64,000 nucleotides of DNA from Cyanophora paradoxa CCMP329 (taxonomy: Eukaryota > Plantae > Glaucophyta): assembly GCA_004431415.1 (NCBI GenBank), contig QPMI01000216.1, positions 12,553-76,552 on the forward strand. The letters run 5' to 3'. A model generated the notes under the pieces. It saw only the letters and a list, made by a program, of their open reading frames with translations, was not told where the DNA came from and did no database searches. Every line of letters begins with the position of its first letter. The first letter of the stretch is position 1. Below are positions 60,382 through 64,000 of the stretch, in pieces. Both the position numbers and the translations under genes were made by a program.

Positions 60382-62939
60382 GGAATGCTCAACTGCAGCT
60401 GAACTCTCCGTACGCACGGCACGCGCGCTCTGCAAAACTGGTTCAACGACTGGTTCTGGCGGCCGCGGTACCGGTGCCGGCGCCGCCGAGCCCGCGATCC
60501 CTCCAGGCTGATCTTCAAGCGCAGCGATACGCCGGAGACAGGTGAAGCTGAGGCTTCTTCAACTGCTCGCAAGCGGCCGGCTGACGCCTGATGAGGAAGA
60601 ACCAGACACGCGCGCTTGACCGGCTGAGGCCTGATAAGGAAGAACCACCGACAGCCGCCTGCCGCCCCCAAAAGGTTGCGAGCCGCCCGCTGCGCTGGCA
60701 GCGAATGAAGGGGGCTTCGGATTCACACGCGGCTGCTGTCAAGATCACCTGTACCCGCCGAGGTGGCGGGGGTACGCATCCGCATAGATCTGGGTACAGA
60801 TTTAGAAGTTCAAGGTTGCAACATGCAACTTCGAATTCCGAATTCGAATTGCAACGCTCGCGGACGTGCGCATGCGCACTGCGGGCCTGCGGCCCCAGCC
60901 ACAGCACGCCGGTCCAACAGGACCTGCGCCGGTGGATTGAGTAATTCCGAGTCCTTTTTGACCAATCAGGCAAATCGCTCGAGTTTTTGACTCGGACTTT
61001 TGACTCGACTCGCAGTAGTATGCAAATTCCAACTCAACTTTGTGGGTACGGTGAGGTTTCGTTCGCACTCTAAACAGCGCACGAAGCTCACCGTACCCGT
61101 GACGTCGTGCGTGGCAGCAAGCAGCCTGGGCAGCCAGGGCAGCCAGGCGCATGGGCAAGGCTCTCAGCACGCGCGGTAGGATGCTCCGGAGCAGCGAGCC
61201 CGCAACGGCAGTTAGTTCCGGCAGTTAGCCGGCAGTTGGTGAAACAAAGGTGTGCTGGCTCCGTCGCACAGGTTCGTATCGTTAGCTAGTGTGTTGGCGC
61301 ATCTTTTGTTTCCTAACAAGCCCCGAAACTTGTGGGTGGTTAAGAAGTGATGTTGACTTGAGGGACCGCAGCATGTTCATCGCGCTTCGCGGTCCGCTTT
61401 GGATGCACACGGAAGACTTCCAACGATGTTTTCGATCGTATTAGCGTGCGTCCGGACGGCCAGCTACGGTCCGCCAGGATTCTCACACCACCCGCGTTTG
61501 AAGCGCAGAGCTCCCTATCCACCCACAATCTTCGGTCTGGGCGCACACACAACACGCGCATGGATGTCTTCTAACTCCTGTTGAGTGCGCAAGCGGCGTC
61601 CACACCTTCCCTGGATGCTCTTGCTAACCGCGCCTGCAGTACTTTCTGATCCTCGGCCGCCTGACGACGGGGGGCTCGCCCGCCGGCCGCGCATCGTCGT
61701 TTCATGATGTACAGGTGCTATACTTCCTTTCCGCTCTCTTCTGCGACCATTTCGCCGCCGCCTAATGGACCACCACACCACCCAGGCGCGGTCCTTCTCC
61801 TCGGCGGCGGCCCTGGGCGGGATCACACGCAGCGGCATTCCGATGCGTGCGCAGACATGTTTCCTAGCCTGTAGAACCACCACGCCCCTCCCCGTCGATG
61901 TGGCGCTCGCCCATGTGGCCCGTGTCCAAGGCACCTCGCTGTTTGTCGCCGCGCGGGCGGGGCGTGGGCGGCACTCTTTCTGGGCACATGAGGGCGTTGT
62001 TATACATGCATAAGGGTGGGAAAGCGCACACAACAAGACGAGCGGCGCCGGGGCGGCGAAACCGCGTCCAATGGGCGGAAACCGCGATTCGAACAACCGG
62101 GACCGATCCAGCGGCAGGCCTGGCGCACTGGCCCGTCTAGAGCTTGGTTCACACATCTAAAGCACGGGGAGAACGTTGACGGAAGACGCGCGCCGCAGGA
62201 TCGCCTTCGAGGAGCGTTTGTCTGCGGCGGGAGGCGGCAAGCGAGCGAGAGCGTCGAACATGCTTCCCGAGCACGCGGAGCGCGCGCAGGCCGAGCGCTG
62301 GAGCGAGCGGAGCCAGCTAGCCGGGCGGAAAGTTTGGGCGAACGTAGGCGGGGGGTAGTGCTGATAGGCGACACACGTGAGGCACACGTGCGCCTGGCCA
62401 ATGACAAAGACCGTGAGGTCACGCAAGTCTTGATTAAAAGATTTATATATTTGGTGATATACGGTTAACTGCATATATTTGCTGTATAATATGCAGCCGC
62501 CGGCGCGGCCCCGGCCCAGTCGGACCGGCGTGCTGTGGCGCAGCTGCAGCTGCAGCCTGGCAGACAGTGGCAGTCTGCGGGAGTCAGCGGGACTCATGAT
62601 CAGCGTGAGCTCGAGGCGCCGGGGGCCGGCGCCGGCGGAGCTCGACTCGAGATCTGGTCACTCTGCTGCTCGAGTCGACGACTCGACGTCGACGTCTGCG
62701 CCGACTCTAGATCTGCGGCCCCCGGCCGCCGGGCATGCCGCAGACTCCGCAGTGCATGCGCAGCTGAGCAGCCCGGCAGCCCGAGCCTGCGCGCGCGGCA
62801 TATGCATGCATATGCGCATTGTGCAGCAGCAACTGCAAGTCTGCAACTTTGCAACTTGGCAAGCTACTAGTATACCGGTATAAACGGCGGTATTGCCACT
62901 GTTTGCCAGTACTATAGCTAGTGGGCCACGGGGCCCGGC

Positions 62940-63623
62940 CAGTGCTGTCATCATGATGCACACGGCCGTCGAGCATCATGATGCGTCAATTATGATCCAT
63001 CATGATCGATCATGACGTCTTCCCGCGATCAGAATCGTTTACCAGGGCATTTCCCACTCCTATTTCGATGCGCGGGCTCTCTGCCGCGTTTCTAATGCAT
63101 CGCGACGTGTTTATGACGAATTCCTGACCAGTATGGATAGATATTGGGCCAGGGTTGGCCTGAAAGAGGCCCACACCCCCCTCTTCCCAAGATTTTGGAG
63201 GCAGAGGAGTGGTTGATCAACCTCCTTCAATGTCAAGATAGTGTGTTATGTGTTTTAAAAGCTGTGTTAAGCTAAGCGTCTCTGCACCCATTCTCAAAGT
63301 GCGAATTGGTGCGATCTTGCATCGCCAGCGGCAGAGGATGGTGCTCCCTGTACCCCCCCACGGCGCCACAGCAGCCTTTCAGCATCGTCAGAATCGCTCC
63401 AAACCTCCTCTGACTAGCATATACGGTGTCTTTAAGCTGTATAGATCGCATAAAAGGTTGTTAAAACAGCGCAGGCGACCAGAAACACGAGATTTGTGCA
63501 CTGTATAGGTACCCCCCCTCACATCATGATGACGATCATCATAATCCGAGGTCATCATGATGCGTTAATGACGTCCCATCATGATGGCGTGATCATGATG
63601 TGTGCATCATGATGACAGCACTG
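62940..63623. mobile_element. 684-bp non-autonomous hAT-like MITE
   Basis: Perfect 24-bp TIRs CAGTGCTGTCATCATGATGCACAC (62940-62963 and 63600-63623). 8-bp flanks GGCCCGGC / CGCCCGGC (7/8 identical). Subterminal CATCATGATG repeats. AT-richer non-coding interior. Confidence 0.85.
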
Positions 63624-63975
63624 CGCCCGGCCCGCCCGGGCAGTGACGAAGACTCGTCGAAGAGTGTTCAAGTTGCCCAGCAATTGCAATGCGCATGCGC
63701 GCTAGACGCCTGGAGGGCCCTAGACCATGCTAGAGACAGCTATTAGAAGACAGTCTAGAGGCTAGACTGACAAGTTCCACGGTGCCACGGTGGTACGACC
63801 GGTGAGTTAGCCTAACAGCTGCAGAAGCTTTGGCTGGCCTAGCGATGGGAACAAAGCCCTGCAACCGCGCGGGCGCCAGCTGCAGCTCCGTACGGTCCTG
63901 AAGACCGGGGCCCCGGGCACGTTGGACCTGTCAACGCGCTTCGATCCCCGCGCGGGGGGCGCCGGCGCGAGCAGG

Positions 63976-64000
63976 ATGACTTCGGTGGCCGAGCTTGCGC
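63976..64000 (+). CDS. Start of a second ADCY10-like paralog (continues beyond the window)
   Basis: 63833-64000 is a near reverse-complement copy of 44714-44870 and encodes the same MTSVAELA start. Confidence 0.65.

Noticed and set aside
60400-62900. Short ORFs upstream of the F-box gene
   Set aside because: No recognisable domain or consistent exon chain; a gene cannot be excluded but is unsupported.

Overview
Very GC-rich eukaryotic genomic DNA, probably from an alga or protist (a glaucophyte such as Cyanophora is only my guess). It is gene-dense with many short introns of about 45-90 nt and frequent GC-AG donors, so most ORFs in the track are shadow frames and the gene models were spliced by eye; outer boundaries are approximate where stated. 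Host genes, in order: 3' end of a prolyl-4-hydroxylase-like oxygenase, a hypothetical gene, KXD1, SLC35F-like transporter, a large TRANK1-like RelE-fold/SF1-helicase/TPR gene, SEC13, MTRR with two flavodoxin domains, a RING/IBR-SAP-UBC fusion, SNRNP27, ABHD13, an ADCY10-like cyclase-STAND gene, a TPR-F-box-WD40 gene, and the start of an inverted ADCY10-like paralog at the right edge. The main novelty is a complete 10,150-bp TG...CA DNA transposon (45328-55477) with ~108-bp TIRs and a 5-bp ATGAT target duplication. It carries a Ginger2/TDD (KRBA2-like) integrase gene and a convergent orphan gene, and at least ten of its introns contain inverted CAACGC...GCGTTG arrays, a motif also found at the inner TIR ends. 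A 151-bp satellite and a 684-bp hAT-like MITE are also present. No rRNA, tRNA or CRISPR array was recognised.
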